DNA of 64,000 nucleotides from Ascidiella aspersa (taxonomy: Eukaryota). Of the stretch, positions 1 to 11,608 are shown piece by piece. A program made the position numbers and the translations under genes. The notes beneath the pieces are model-generated. The model saw only the letters and a list, made by a program, of their open reading frames with translations, searched no databases and was not told where the DNA came from. Location: the NCBI GenBank assembly GCA_963924565.1, contig OZ004610.1, positions 25,172,001 to 25,236,000 of the forward strand, in the 5' to 3' direction. Position 1 is the stretch's first letter. Each line of letters opens with the position of its first letter.

Positions 1-304
1 TATATGGTATTGTGGCCTACACAATAAAATGTTCATGATTCTGTCGTAGGCAATATGTTAATAAATCACAAACTGCCTTACAAATGCCGTCAGTAGAACT
101 ATATGTACGTTATGCTATAGCTATTTGTTAATAATGTTCATCTAAAATATGTTTGAAAGAACTGATGGTACAGTTTAAATGACTCTTTTTGCAACCTTAA
201 ATAAAAAATATTCCATTATGAAGGCCATCCTATAATTCTTTACATTACATGTAAGCATAAAAAATTGATAGTCTAACTCTAATCAAAAAACAAAAATAAA
301 TTAC

Positions 305-974
305 CTTGCACGTTAATGTTGTTCATTTGCTTTTCGGTAAATTTTTCATGTAAGTCGATGACGCTCGCAGCGTGCATGACGACGTCAACGTCATAAAACG
401 CTGACGTCATCGATTCAAGATCGGTTACGTCACATTGGATCCACCTGATCGTAATTCCACTATCTAAGTGCATAAATATATCAAAACAGGTCGTGCTAGA
501 AGCAAACCAGATATATCGTAATATAATTTGGGCCAAAAATGCTCTGCCCAAATATGCTCTTTTTGCGAAACTACTTCCTAGTTCAGAAAGCTGCCTTCTC
601 AACAATAGGAATCGGCGCTACAATTTGGATATATTTTGTCGTAATTATAGTTCCAGATTCGCACGCGAGTTTGACTGGCAACCCTGTTTCTTTAAGTTAG
701 AGTTTTGTTTGACGATTTGTAGCACTTTATCAATTTAAATATCCATCAAAAAGTTCTACATCCGCGTACTGTTTGGAAGTGTCAGTTTAAAGTTGAAAAA
801 TGTGGTATGCCTACCTTTAGCACATTCAGCAATATCGTCTTTGATTTCTTGGGCAAATGTTATATCAAGTAGTTTTAGACATTGTACGTTGTCAATATTT
901 TTCATGGAAATTACTTCGACGATCTTTCTGCCCAGTCGACCTGCAGCCCCAGTTATCAAGTATGTTTTTCCCAT
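305..974 (-). CDS. HSD3B: 3-beta-hydroxysteroid dehydrogenase/extended-SDR-like gene, paralog 1 (exons 1-2 only; continues beyond the window start)
   Basis: Exon 1 974-815 (160 nt) encodes MGKTYLITGAAGRLG (TGxxGxxG Rossmann motif) and LLDI. Exon 2 463-305 (159 nt) encodes DVTD...VDVVMHAASVID...NINVQG. GT-AG boundaries; exon sizes are identical to paralog 2. Confidence 0.88.
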
Positions 975-2099
975 TATTTTATTTCACGTTTCTAAAAAGA
1001 TGTTTGCAATTCGAGCATTTGTAAGCTTTAATAGCCTACATTCAACCATTACAAGCTGATGTGTATAGAGAAATTGTAAAAAGGGTTACATTCTACAATA
1101 AAAACTCTTATAGAAACACGATAGATCCACATTTCCTTGTAATAGCATCTCTATTGTTGTTTATTGTTTTACTATATCTCATCTCTTAGCTTTCATGAAA
1201 TTAAGACTTATCCATACCATTATTGGTGCTTATAGTTTGTAACTCTTTACAAAATAGCTTTAGGACGTTTAACATCAAACTATACTCCTGAGGTTTTCTT
1301 TTACATTTCTTTCCGGATATTTTACCTTTTTCATCGATTTTTACCGTGTAGGTCTCAATTGACTTTAGCAACCGTAGAACACTTTTAGTGGTACCACACA
1401 GAGTGAATAGCGAAAAAGGCAACTGCTCCAAGCATTCTATTAAGTGGTCGTGTCACAATGAACGCCCTAAAATGGCGAGTTCTCGTAAATGAGTAGCTGC
1501 AGGACGAAGGTATATAATAATGGTTTCATTTGTGGCTTAATTACTGCATGCAGGTTCAAAGCATTACCAAACAATCACCGCCGTGCATTCTTCACATGTC
1601 TGATTAGGCTCGCTTCGTGAGATTTTGAGCAGTTTGAAACACTGATTATGGTAAGGATCGCAACTTTATCAGGTTCTTGTAAATGACGCTCTGCTTGGTT
1701 TGTTTCGGTTAATGTCTAGGTCGCCATCATAACAGTTTTGGTATACGAAGGCCTATAACGAAAAAGAGAAGTAAAACATGGCAAAGCTATACATGAAATT
1801 TGTTTTGACTATAAACAGTAGGCTTAGCGCCTTTATATCTTAACAACTTTAAATGTAGAAAAATCTGTACACAACATGCTACTGAGATAAAACAAAACGA
1901 AGCATCGAAAAAAAGGCGTAAACACGAGAATAATATGGCTCACATTCCGTCTCTGAAAGTCAATCCATAATATAAAACACATTTTTTTTTAATTACGCTT
2001 TTTATCTTGTAAATAAACTTCCAGATAGGGTTGGCTTGGAGTTTTATTGTATTTTGCCTTATGTCGTTCGATCGATTTGCTTAAATTGTCTTGAAAAGT

Positions 2100-5000
2100 T
2101 TAGGAAACATCTTTCTGTAGGATTTTGCTGATAAATTTTCTTGTGGACTCCCTAGACTCGGGCCAAGATCTTATTGGTTCGTACTTCATGTGATTGCGAA
2201 ACTTCTTGTGGCTAACTGTGGTATAGGTACATGCCTGGCGAATCATGTGAGGGGTTGGAACATTCTGAATAATAATAGTTTAGCTGGTTTAGTAACTTTT
2301 TCAAGACTAGCGAATAAGCTATAAGTTTTAATGAGTTTGTTACGAATCTTAAGGTGTGTTTAAGAGCAGGCGAATATGCGCAGCTCTTCGTATAGTTTGC
2401 AAAGAGAATACAAGTAGCTCACCTGAAGAATGCCAATTCCAGCGAAACTGAGAACCTTGTTTAGCAAATACAGCGCATTAACGATCGCCATAAGAAGCCA
2501 AAACGGGATAAAAGGTTCTGGTTTAACAATTTTATAACCCAGGTGACTGAGAAACTCCTCGTTTAATCTGCCATAGGAGAGAGTTGGTGTGTCATCACCG
2601 ATGAAGTATGCGTTTCCACCAATAAGCTGACTGTTTTCCTGTAAAGGATGTTAGGTCGACCTTTATTTGGAGTTGTACAACATTTGCATTTTTAATGTCT
2701 TTTAACAACTGTGTTGTTTGCTATTGTAGTTAGGTTTACCCTGTATAACTTTTAAATCCTAAAACAAATAGCATGTCCCGTTTAATAGCTGATTTCCCGT
2801 TTGCTATTAGCGTATAGTTTCTAATCCATTAATTATCATAACTATTCCTTATTAGCTACATACTACGGAATGGATTGACAACCTGCATGTTCTTTGCGGC
2901 GAGAACATGGCACCAGGCTGCATTGTCGACATGCATTCTTGAATGCAAGTGATCCGGCCCCATGATAAGTCGCATCTTTTTCGGTTGACCTTTGGCGTAA
3001 GTTGCGAGGACGGCGTCGTTTCCTCCATACAAGCCAACTGGTCGAATAACACAGGTAACCAATTTCTGTTAAATAAAAAATGTATACGTTACAGCAGGGG
3101 TCGGGAACCTATGGCTCTTTGGATGAAAGAATGTTGCTCGCCGAAAAATCGAAGCTATTATTTCTCAACATGATCTCAAATAAAAAAGCCGCCACGACCG
3201 CTTTCCTAACTTATTTTCTTTTTTGTGATATATAAGGCATAGCAAATTTTCGGCGCTTCGTGCGAGTCCTACTTGCTTTTCGAGGCTACTATCCAGTTTG
3301 AAGAAATCTCTTAGTATCCAAAATGTTCTATTCTTTTAACGAAACTCTGTAATCAAAGTTGTACAAACTTAGCTAATTCATTTTTGTTGCAGCATGTTTT
3401 GTCCTTTAAAGGGGAATAAAATAAACGGCCCTGCTTAATTTCCATTTTGTGCCAACCTATCACTAGATGTTAAAAACGTATATTATGTCTCTCCTGGAAA
3501 TGCAACAAAGAATATTTGACTTTTAAGGCTTACTTAGCTAAAAAGGTTCCCGACCCCTGCGTTATAGCAATCTTATCCACAGGAAAAATTTGTTTGACTA
3601 AAACGGCAACCTTTAATTAGTGCGGTAAAAATGCCTGCCATACATACACTAAAGACAGAACTAAAGAAATACTATAGACGTTATGCGATAGTTTACCAGA
3701 ATGTTACTATTTTTTTTGAATTTTGAAAGAATATAATTAGCTGTCTGAAAAGTTGATACTGGTCTATGGTAATTTATTACACCATGGGCATATTGTCAAA
3801 ATTTGTCAAAGACAAAATTGTGTTGTGCGAAGCTCGTAAAATTATTGCTCTTTGTTTACATTTTAATATTGGTTCACAGTTAATTTTTCTGTAAAAATAA
3901 TTTTAAAAAGAAATGTGGTTCCCATGTTGGGTCCCACTTTAGAAAATGATCATTTAGTCTACAAAAGCTATAGCCTTAGGCCCTGGAAAAATTCGGCTCT
4001 TATTTTTTTCAAGGGATATGTTTTGTATGGCTGAATGTAATACAGATGCTTAAAAGCGATTACTGGTTACGTTTAATACATGTTTTTATGTTATTTTTAT
4101 GTTATAAGCGTAATTACCGATTTTCCTTCAGGCAAAAGTTTTCTTCCGTTAGCGTCAAGCATTAGTTTTTCACTTTCTTGCTTAGTCTTGGCGTAACTAT
4201 CGTTTTTGTCCGGGATGAAATATGGAAAACTTTCATCTGCATCAACGATTGCTTCTCTACTTGGTTTGGGACCAATCACGTGAATTGAACTTGTATATAT
4301 GAGAAAACCAACGCCGTTCTCGCAGCACGCGTCGACGATGTTCATGGAACCTGTCAAAATTCAAATACACATTTAATTGGAATATACAAAAAATAACGAG
4401 GATGTCATGTAAACAATATGCTTTTATGCCTTTATGCATGGTACAAACTTGACAAAGGGCAATATAGCACAATCGATGCTTAACCCCCAAAGTACTAAAA
4501 CTTTTTAAGCCTTTCATTTTTCGATCAGGTTAGTGAAAATTTTCAGGTTACATAGTTACGCCCTCCAAACAGTATAGTCGGTAAAATTTTTCGCGGCCCA
4601 AAGTACCTTTCAGAGCTATTGCAGGCCGGCTACCTAAAACCACTACAACAATAGAAAGGATCCTTCTGTTTTGTTTTAATTGGGGCATACAAATTTGTAA
4701 AATGATGTCACAAAGTTACAATTAGTCCTAATAATACTTATGCCAATTAAAATCCGGTATTATCGCGCGTTGCGCGAAACAAATTGCTTCAATTTGTTTT
4801 AAACTGACAAACCTTTAATTAATAGGATATGTGATGCATGAGGCACAAATAAAATTTCAATATATCTCCAAATAACGGCATTTATAGTCTAGTTTAGCAG
4901 AAATTATACTGCATAGTTTATGAGTCACACGATGCAAGATGCCATAGAACGCATATCGACTTTGGGCTAAATAGATTAAAAAATCGTATAAACGTTTGCG

Positions 5001-7782
5001 CGAAGGACAAAAAATTGTTTTTCCACCGTTAATCTTGGCTAAAATTATAGTTTAGGGAGACCATGGCCTGGAGGCCCGTTGATGCGACAATTAGCCAAAA
5101 CAAAAACTCTGAGCTACGCCAACTTTTAAAATACAGTACAATGAATGTATGGCTATCATACGGCCCATAACCACATGATAAAATTAAACTATTCAACAAG
5201 CTCGTGGTCAACTAAAATGGCCAAAAGGCCCACAGTTTCACAGTCTTTTGTTATCCCAGGGAATCAAGCGAAGCGAGCTCTATTTTTTAATTTCTATTGA
5301 GTTTATTGCATTTTCACCAGGTTGTCGAACCGAACCCGGGAGTGGTATGAACCGGTTTTGCTTGTATCGGATATATTGCTACCGCTAGATAGTAGCAGAT
5401 AGCTACAAACAACTAAAACGATTACGTCACACTACTAAGGTTTTTGGCGGAAAATCGTATACCGCGCAGCAATGCTGCTTATCTGGCAGTTCGTTGTTTA
5501 ACATAGTTGCTACATGTACAGTTATCTAAATTAGTCGGTTTGTGGAATTAAGTATACAGATACACACTCGAATGTACAAATTAACCAAACTTATTTGCCT
5601 TGAAACAAAGTCTAATTTCCTTAACAAGCTTGGCATCTTGTCCTAGTTGGGTCTACTGACTATAATGTCTCTTAAACCAAAAAAAAATAAATGAACACAA
5701 ATTGACTTTTTTACGAACTTTGGTTGAATATACAAATTTCTAAACATAATTTGTCATTAATAAATGTAATGTTGTATTGTCATCGCAGTTAATAATGAAT
5801 GTTCATATGTTTATTTTAATATTATATTTAGCTTCACTATATAGGGAACATATCAATAGATGAAAATCGCTCTTGTGGTGTAAACGAAGTAATAGACCAG
5901 GGTTTCGGCAGCAAATATAAGGTGACTTCATCAGGGTTAATTTAAAACGAGAATCCGTTAGCCAGCTGACATGCTAAAAATGATATAAAGATTAATGGCT
6001 GGATGTTGTAGTAAGACGTAGTATGAGTATCAAATCCCAAACAGAAGTAGGGAGCCTATGATACTTACTACTTCTGTTTGGGCTTGTATTCGTACTACGT
6101 CAGAAAGATTATAAATTAACGAAAAAGCAAAACATCGCTAACGTATACCCGCCATCTGGTGTCTGCTGCCAAAATGTTGGTTTGTTGCTTCGTTTGCCCC
6201 AGGATAACGATTTTTATTTATTAAACTGTTTATTTTAGAGGATTTTGTAGCAGCAACATCTGACGTTGTATTAAAACATAGAAGTGGAAATAGAGCAACT
6301 CTATATGCGACCAAGCTTTACTATAACTAATACTGCTGGGTTAAGTTAACTTAGTAGCAAAATGCCTGGTATCGGCTTACACCTATAGTGCGTTGTATCA
6401 GCTTACACCTATATAATAACTTGTATGGGCTTAGACCGATAGTGTTTTTATGTTTCAAGGGAATCTTTTCAGGCCCAGCGGCACTATGCATACTAATACA
6501 TGTTGCGCCGTGTAAACTCTTTAAAGTGTTTGCAATTTCTGGTAACCAAAAGACTATTATTGACAATATTTCGAGAAAATGCGCAACTTTTTATGTGCTA
6601 AAGACGCCAGGTATCCTTTTGAATTAAAGTCTGGCCAATTTAAACCCAATAAACGCAATTCTTTTAGCGCGTTTTTGAGCTGCATATATTGGGCACGAGC
6701 TCGCAACAAAGGAATAGGTGTTTTTAAGATCAGTAGTTTTATGACATCACATGATGACGTAAATTAGTGACGTCATCCCCCCAAACAAAAATCGTAGATC
6801 CGCCCCTGCTAAGGGTATGTGCCTTGCCGAACGCATCCGGGTTACTATGTTAACAGCAAGATTCGCCGTTGTCGATCGTTGTTCAGCAGCACGTCAGAAG
6901 GGCTACAGAAAACATATACCAAAAAGAACTCTTTTCCCGGGAGCCCCGCACAACTTACGCATACTAATGCAACCAGGATTGTTTCAACTTCTCTTTTTTA
7001 TAATTACCCGTGACATTGACATTCCACACAAAATCTGGATCAAGCTTCTGAAAAACATCAATGATGCAAGCCATGTGAATGACCACGTTTACTTCTCGTG
7101 TTGCCTCTCTCACAGCTTTCTTGTCTGTTACGCTGACTTCGAGCCATTCTACAGAGATGTTTGCTCCTAAAACACAGTTACACACGCTAAGAATATTTAC
7201 TTTTATTCTGACCACTTTAAGTCGCAATGTAAAAATACCTTGTTACACTTGCTGTCGCAAAAGACATGTTACATTCTATGGGTCGCTATTCTGATTTAAT
7301 TTATTCAGATTTATGCAACATTACTATGAACGTAGAGAATTGATAAAAGGTATACCCGGGTTTCTTAATCGGCTGATTAGTAAATAGCGCATATATGCCC
7401 CTATCTTCGTTTCGACTAAACGTAATAAACACAGAATCGAGATCTGTTTATTTTTAGTTTCGATTGATTCACTTGCTGGGATAACTATTATATCATAGTT
7501 GTGCTTTTCCGATGACCCAACGACCTTGACTAAAAACAATATGTAACTTAATTTCAAATTAACTTTACTTAATTTTACCGTCAAGCACTTGAGAATGTTT
7601 CTCAACTTGCGAATACACGAACCTTTGCAAGCTTCTTTCTGGGACTTTTTTACGGCTTCTGAAAACTTTATATCTAGCAACTTAATCTTGGTAACTTGGT
7701 CAATATTCCTTTCACAGATTATTTGCAGCAAAGTGTTGCCCAGTAGGCCACCGCCGCCAGTTATTAGATACGTTTTACCCAT
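2100..7782 (-). CDS. HSD3B: 3-beta-hydroxysteroid dehydrogenase/extended-SDR-like gene, paralog 2, complete, ~371 aa
   Basis: Exons 7782-7623, 7166-7008, 4350-4118, 3065-2883, 2638-2423, 2264-2100 (1116 nt, phases consistent, GT-AG). Motifs: TGGGGLLG, HMACIID, NVNVTG, YTSS, catalytic YAKTK (YxxxK), IRPVGLYG, HVDNAAWCHVLAA, GNAYFIGDDTP. Confidence 0.92.
3095..3559. mobile_element. hAT-type MITE in HSD3B intron 3
   Basis: TIRs CAGGGGTCGGGAACCT / AGGTTCCCGACCCCTG; 8-bp TSD CGTTACAG / CGTTATAG (1 mismatch). Confidence 0.85.
6015..6101. repeat. Fold-back (hairpin) repeat, same family as 57204-57357
   Basis: GACGTAGTATGAGTATCAAATCCCAAACAGAAGTAG ... CTACTTCTGTTTGGGCTTGTATTCGTACTACGTC form an imperfect inverted repeat. 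Confidence 0.7.
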
Positions 7783-8624
7783 CTCTGTCTGATACTTGCC
7801 GAATGAACTCTGTCGTTTCGTGTAAGGCCTTGTCAAATAAATGTAGCGCGATAAGGGCAAAGTCAAACTGTGGGACAGAAGGAGTTATACACAGTATGGG
7901 CAGATGACATGCCTTAACCTAATGATACGACTGAGGGAAAATTAGTTATGATAAAAGCGATTATAAAAGTATTTGTATTAAAAACCTGAACTGTCTTTGC
8001 GCAATCAAGTAACGCTTTACATAACATCAGTGAACCTTGTTGAACGTTTACTTTTTTCGGGCATCTTGTTTGCGATTAATGATTAATTTTTATTGCTTTG
8101 TTTGCGTTTTCATTCTCTAGGAGAGCTTACATTAGGTAGGCCTAGATTACCATGCGAAGTGCCAAGACAAAATACGTATTGCTAGTAAACAACATCCTGA
8201 AACATAATGGATCGTTATTGATAGGTTTAATGTACCACGATCTACATTGTGATAAATCTAATTTGTTCAGTTCAGCAGGGATTACTTCTAACGTCTAGTC
8301 AAACTGTTTTTATTTTTTTTCAGTGAGTTGTAATAATTACTTTGAAGTCGTAGCCGGAGGGCTTTGTAGCCGGAGCATGGATCCGGAGCCCCGGAGCCGT
8401 GCACTTTTAACAGAGCCGGAGCTTTACGTGAAATTTAAATGGAGCTGGAGAAGGAGCTGGAGCCAGTTATTTAAAAAATAGCTTCGGCTCCGATGTATTT
8501 CATAAGATGCTATGCTACTAACCTTCCACTAATAACTGACATAATTTAACAGCAACCCTTCACAAAATTAGGAATTGTTGCCTCTTTGGCGCACCTTTTC
8601 TAACTAACTTTTTTTTACGGGTCT

Positions 8625-9310
8625 TTTTTACGGCTTCTGAAAACTTTATATCTAGCAACTTTATCTTGGTAACTTGGTCAATATTCCTTTCACAGATTAT
8701 TTGCAGCAAAGTGTTGCCCAGTAGGCCACCGCCACCAGTTATTAGATACGTTTTACCCATCTCTGTCTGATACTTGCCGAACGAACTCTGTCCTTTCGTC
8801 CTTGTCAAATAAATGTAGCGCGATAAGGGCAAAGTCAAGCTGTGGGCCAGAAGGAGTTATGCACAATATGGGCAGATGACATGCCTTAACTTACTAATAC
8901 GACTGAGGGAGAATTAGTCATGATAAAAGCGATTATAAAAGTATTTTGTATTAAAAACCTAAACTGTCTTTGCGCAATCAAGTAACGCTTTGCATAACAT
9001 TAGTGGCCCTTGTCGAACGTTTACCTTTTTTCGGGCATCTTGTTTGCGATTAATGATTAATTTTTATTGCTTTGTTTGCGTTTTCATTCTCTAGGAGAGC
9101 TTACATTAGGTAGGCCTGGATTACCATGCGAAGTGCCAAGGCAAAATACGTATTGCTAGTAAACAACATCGTGAAACATAATGGACCCTCGTTATTGATA
9201 GGTTTAATGTACCACGATCTTCATTGTGATAAATCTAAATTGTTTAGTTCAGCAGGGATTGCTTCTAACGTCTGGTCAAACTGTTTTAATTTTTTTCAGT
9301 GAGTTGTAAT
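8625..9310 (-). pseudogene. Tandem duplicate of HSD3B paralog-2 exon 1 plus upstream region; truncated, no splice donor
   Basis: Near-identical to 7647-8335. ATG at 8760 gives MGKTYLITGGGGLLG...EAVKK, then runs into MITE-derived sequence without the GT donor. Confidence 0.85.
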
Positions 9311-9311
9311 T

Positions 9312-9802
9312 CAGGGCTTTGGAGCCAGAGCCGGAGCGTGGATCCGGAGCCCCGGAGCCGTGCATTTTTAACGGAACCGGAACTGAAGCCTGAGCCGGAG
9401 CCGGAGCCAGAGCTCTACGTGAAATTTAAATGGAGCTGGAGCAGGAGCTGGAGCCAGTTGTTTAAAAAATAGCTCCGGCTGCGATGTATTGCATAAAATG
9501 CTATGCTACTAGCCTTCCACTAATAGTTGAATTCACATAATTTAACAGCAACCCTTCAAACAATTAGGAATTGTTGCTTCTTTGGCGCACCTTTTCTAAC
9601 TAACCATTATGGTGTTTCGTTTGTGAATATTTTGAAACGCTAGATATTGCAAATTAAGCGTTCAGCCTTAAACCTCAGTTTTTGTCGTAATGGAGCCGGA
9701 GCTGGAGCAATGAAATCAATAAGCTCCGGAGCTGGAGCTGGAGCTAACCTATGATAAAAGAGAGCTCCGGAGCTAACATTTACGACTGCTCCAAATCCCT
9801 TG
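9312..9802. mobile_element. hAT-like MITE with GGAGCC/GGAGCT subterminal repeats (partial duplicate at ~8351-8607)
   Basis: Ends CAGGGCTTTGGAGC / GCTCCAAATCCCTTG; imperfect 8-bp TSD TTGTAATT / TTGTATAC; many GGAGCY hexamers. Confidence 0.7.
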
Positions 9803-10519
9803 TTGTATACCCTCGACACAAAACTTATTTATTCTGAAGTTGATACGATAATGTCCTACAGTACTCAAAACCAGCGCACAATGTGCACTTGCGATATATG
9901 CATGGTTCTGTGCATATTTAAAAGTGCACATGGTGCGCATAATGTGCACTAGGGCAAAATATGCACCATAGAGTGCAGTAGTATATTTTGGAAAAGGCCC
10001 GGAAACGTGTTACCGAACCACGTTAAACGATCAATTTTTTTTTATATATGTAAGATTGAGCTGGTCCCCAAAGTTCGAAGTTTAAACTTCTGTAAACGGG
10101 TATAGGTCTACAGGATTTGAGTCTAGACCACCTGCAAATTCCATGCACATTTCACACTCGGAGCACATAAGTTGCATATTTAGTGCACATTTAGCCGATG
10201 TACATTTGGTAAAAATGTGCACATTTTATTAACCCGCCTCGGCTATAGCTTGACGGCCTTTTACATTTTAAATAGCCACGCTAAAACGAGTTTCAGCTCG
10301 CAAAATAGCACTGGTCTTGCAACGGTAATTAGTAATTACTTCACATCGCCCAAATAACGTCAATAGGCCAAGTGACGTTTTAAGCGATATAAAGCGTTAT
10401 AACTGGTAACTACCTTTTAACTCTAGGTAACACCAGGTATTTCTCTTAGTGTACGATAATTATAATCATCACTAGTCAAATCGGGATGTGTGGGATGCTA
10501 ACACTCAATTATTGCTACA

Positions 10520-10720
10520 GATTTAAGGTTCTGCTGGTTAAATAATGCATACCCCAGGGTAATGAGGAACTCGTTTACTTTGCCACATAAGAGTGTCATC
10601 ACCGCTGAAGTAAGCACATATTGGCTGATTTACTTGAAGTATGTTTAGTCAAAGTATTAGAAGTGCACTGCATAAGTTTGTCGCCATAAACTAGAGGACC
10701 AATCAATTAATTTATTCGCC
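10520..10720 (-). pseudogene. Decayed HSD3B exon-5 (and possibly exon-4) remnant
   Basis: ...CCCAGGGTAATGAGGAACTCGTTTACTTTGCCACATAAGAGTGTCATCACCGCTGAAGTAAGC resembles paralog-2 exon 5 (CCCAGGTGACTGAGAAACTCCTCGTTTAATCTGCCATAG...GTGTCATCACCGATGAAGTATGC). The minus strand reads AYFSGDDT, with indels. Confidence 0.6.
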
Positions 10721-11608
10721 TTTGTCCAATTTTGTGAGTCAACTACTCTTTCCGATTTCAACCAAATGGCTTTGTTTAATGAAATCCAGCGCAATGAGCA
10801 TAATAAAAATGAAACATCGTAAATTCCTTGTAGAGCATTACATATGCAAAGTGGGCCGCGTTTTCCAAAACTGGTGGTTGCTATATGCAGGCGCAGCCAT
10901 GACACTAAATGCAATAGTGTTAAAAAAACTTAATTTTTGGTGTTCCTTCGTGTGCAAAATTCAAATTCATATTTAAAATAAAATTTTCTTAAATAAATCA
11001 TTTTGGTGCACATATGTAGCCATAGTTCTGTGAAAATGTGCATAATTTACGCATATTCGCTCGTGTTACTTAGTTCCAGCAGTATTTATATATGAAAACA
11101 AAAATGTCGCAATGTTAATTCTAATTTAAATTTATTTAAATTGGGGTCTCCTATTAAAAAGGTTGGAGACCACTGTTCTAACGTCTAACATAAGTCCTAA
11201 TCGGTTGTAAAACGAAGCAAATATGAATTAAAAAAGCTCGCTTTAAGTCGCTGCTTGGCGCCTCCGACACCGGTTACTTTGCCTACCTTTTTCAAATCTG
11301 GGTTAACGCCTAATGTTGATTTGACTTTTAACTATAGTATTTTGTAAAGGTGTACAAAAATAATTGATGAATTGTATTTCATTGAATATTGGCGTTAACG
11401 ATACAATTTGAATTGAAATGAATGATTTCTAAACACTTCAAATTTATTTTAACAAAATATCTGAACAAATTTTAGGAAAATATCTTTAAACACACAAGTG
11501 AATATAAAATATGGTAAAAGCATTAACGACACTGCAAAACACAGGAAAACTTAGTCGCAATCTGATATTGATAGCAATTTAAAAATCAGACACGTCATAG
11601 TTTTGTTG

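Noticed and set aside
493-7792. Plus-strand ORFs overlapping the HSD3B exons
   Set aside because: Antisense shadows of real minus-strand exons with no independent support.
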